A stretch of 64,000 bases of DNA from Candidatus Bathyarchaeota archaeon. Its GTDB lineage: Archaea; Thermoproteota; Bathyarchaeia; Bathyarchaeales; Bathycorpusculaceae. A model generated the notes under the pieces. The model saw only the letters and a list, made by a program, of their open reading frames with translations, did not search any database and was not told the DNA's origin. The first letter of the stretch is position 1; each line of letters opens with the position of its first letter. The stretch lies in assembly GCA_963717465.1 (NCBI GenBank), contig OY970340.1, positions 1,184,001 to 1,248,000 on the forward strand, read 5' to 3'. This document shows, in pieces, positions 63,501 to 64,000 of this stretch. The position numbers and the translations under genes were made by a program.

Positions 63501-64000
63501 TCATGCTTCCAATACTAATATTTCAGGTTGAATTCTTTTACATACTGTATCAACGGAAAGACTCATTTGGGGTTTACAGAAATTTTCCAATCTTTTAAGA
63601 GCTATTTCGCAATATTCTTTGCAAATATCTATGTGCACAAATTGTCGGTCATTCTTCATGGCAACGTAAGCTACTGTACCTGTGCCCCCGAACATGTCCA
63701 ACAATATGTCACCCTTGTATGTATAAAATTTTGCCAACCTGTAAATTAGTTCTTCTGGAAATGGGGCCGGATGACCGTTTCTAACTCTTTCCGCTGATAT
63801 GTGCCAAAATCCTTCATTATCAGGTTGAATCTGCCAAAAGCCATCAGAGTATTTTTCAAACTCTTCTGGTCTAATATCAGCTTGAGCTTTCTCTTCTATA
63901 TCGCCTTTTTTGCGTTTTGCATCAAGACGCCATTCATTCTTTGAAAAAACCATTACATATTCCCAAGATGGAATTATATGTGGGTTTGATGGACTTTGCC
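63501..64000 (-). CDS. N4C/N6A DNA methyltransferase, beta class (5' part outside window)
   Basis: WEYVMVF, HPAPFPEEL, LDMFGGTGT. Confidence 0.88.
   Translation of the reverse strand, partial: QSPSNPHIIPSWEYVMVFSKNEWRLDAKRKKGDIEEKAQADIRPEEFEKYSDGFWQIQPDNEGFWHISAERVRNGHPAPFPEELIYRLAKFYTYKGDILLDMFGGTGTVAYVAMKNDRQFVHIDICKEYCEIALKRLENFCKPQMSLSVDTVCKRIQPEILVLEA

Overview
AT-rich archaeal chromosome segment, probably Bathyarchaeia (inferred from thermosome, proteasome beta, FttA/aCPSF1, SepF, Fae-Hps and corrinoid methyltransferases). It has four zones. (1) 0-22 kb: metabolic genes and a 10-gene complex-I-like operon whose large subunit keeps both [NiFe] CxxC motifs. (2) 22-40.4 kb: a catabolic island with Pyl-free MttB- and MtmB-family methyltransferases, 2 corrinoid proteins, 3 SCP2 lipid carriers, KstD-like, OYE and SDR enzymes, and a Mo/W-bisPGD enzyme with an in-frame TGA at the predicted metal ligand. 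Ten copies of a fixed-spacing ~105-bp promoter/operator occur here, and three of them precede a family of covarying ncRNA-like hairpins. (3) 40.8-52 kb: integrase-less cassettes stacked at the 3' end of tRNA-Glu, including a QueF-SLATT-TGT-OGG-QueC-TIR operon. This looks like the type IV CBASS accessory module coupled to a TIR with a Gly-Gly-Ser N-terminus instead of a CD-NTase. (4) 52-64 kb: housekeeping genes and a type II R-M pair. Several frameshifts sit on CTAG sites and are probably sequencing artefacts. All annotations come from motif recognition by eye; no searches were run.
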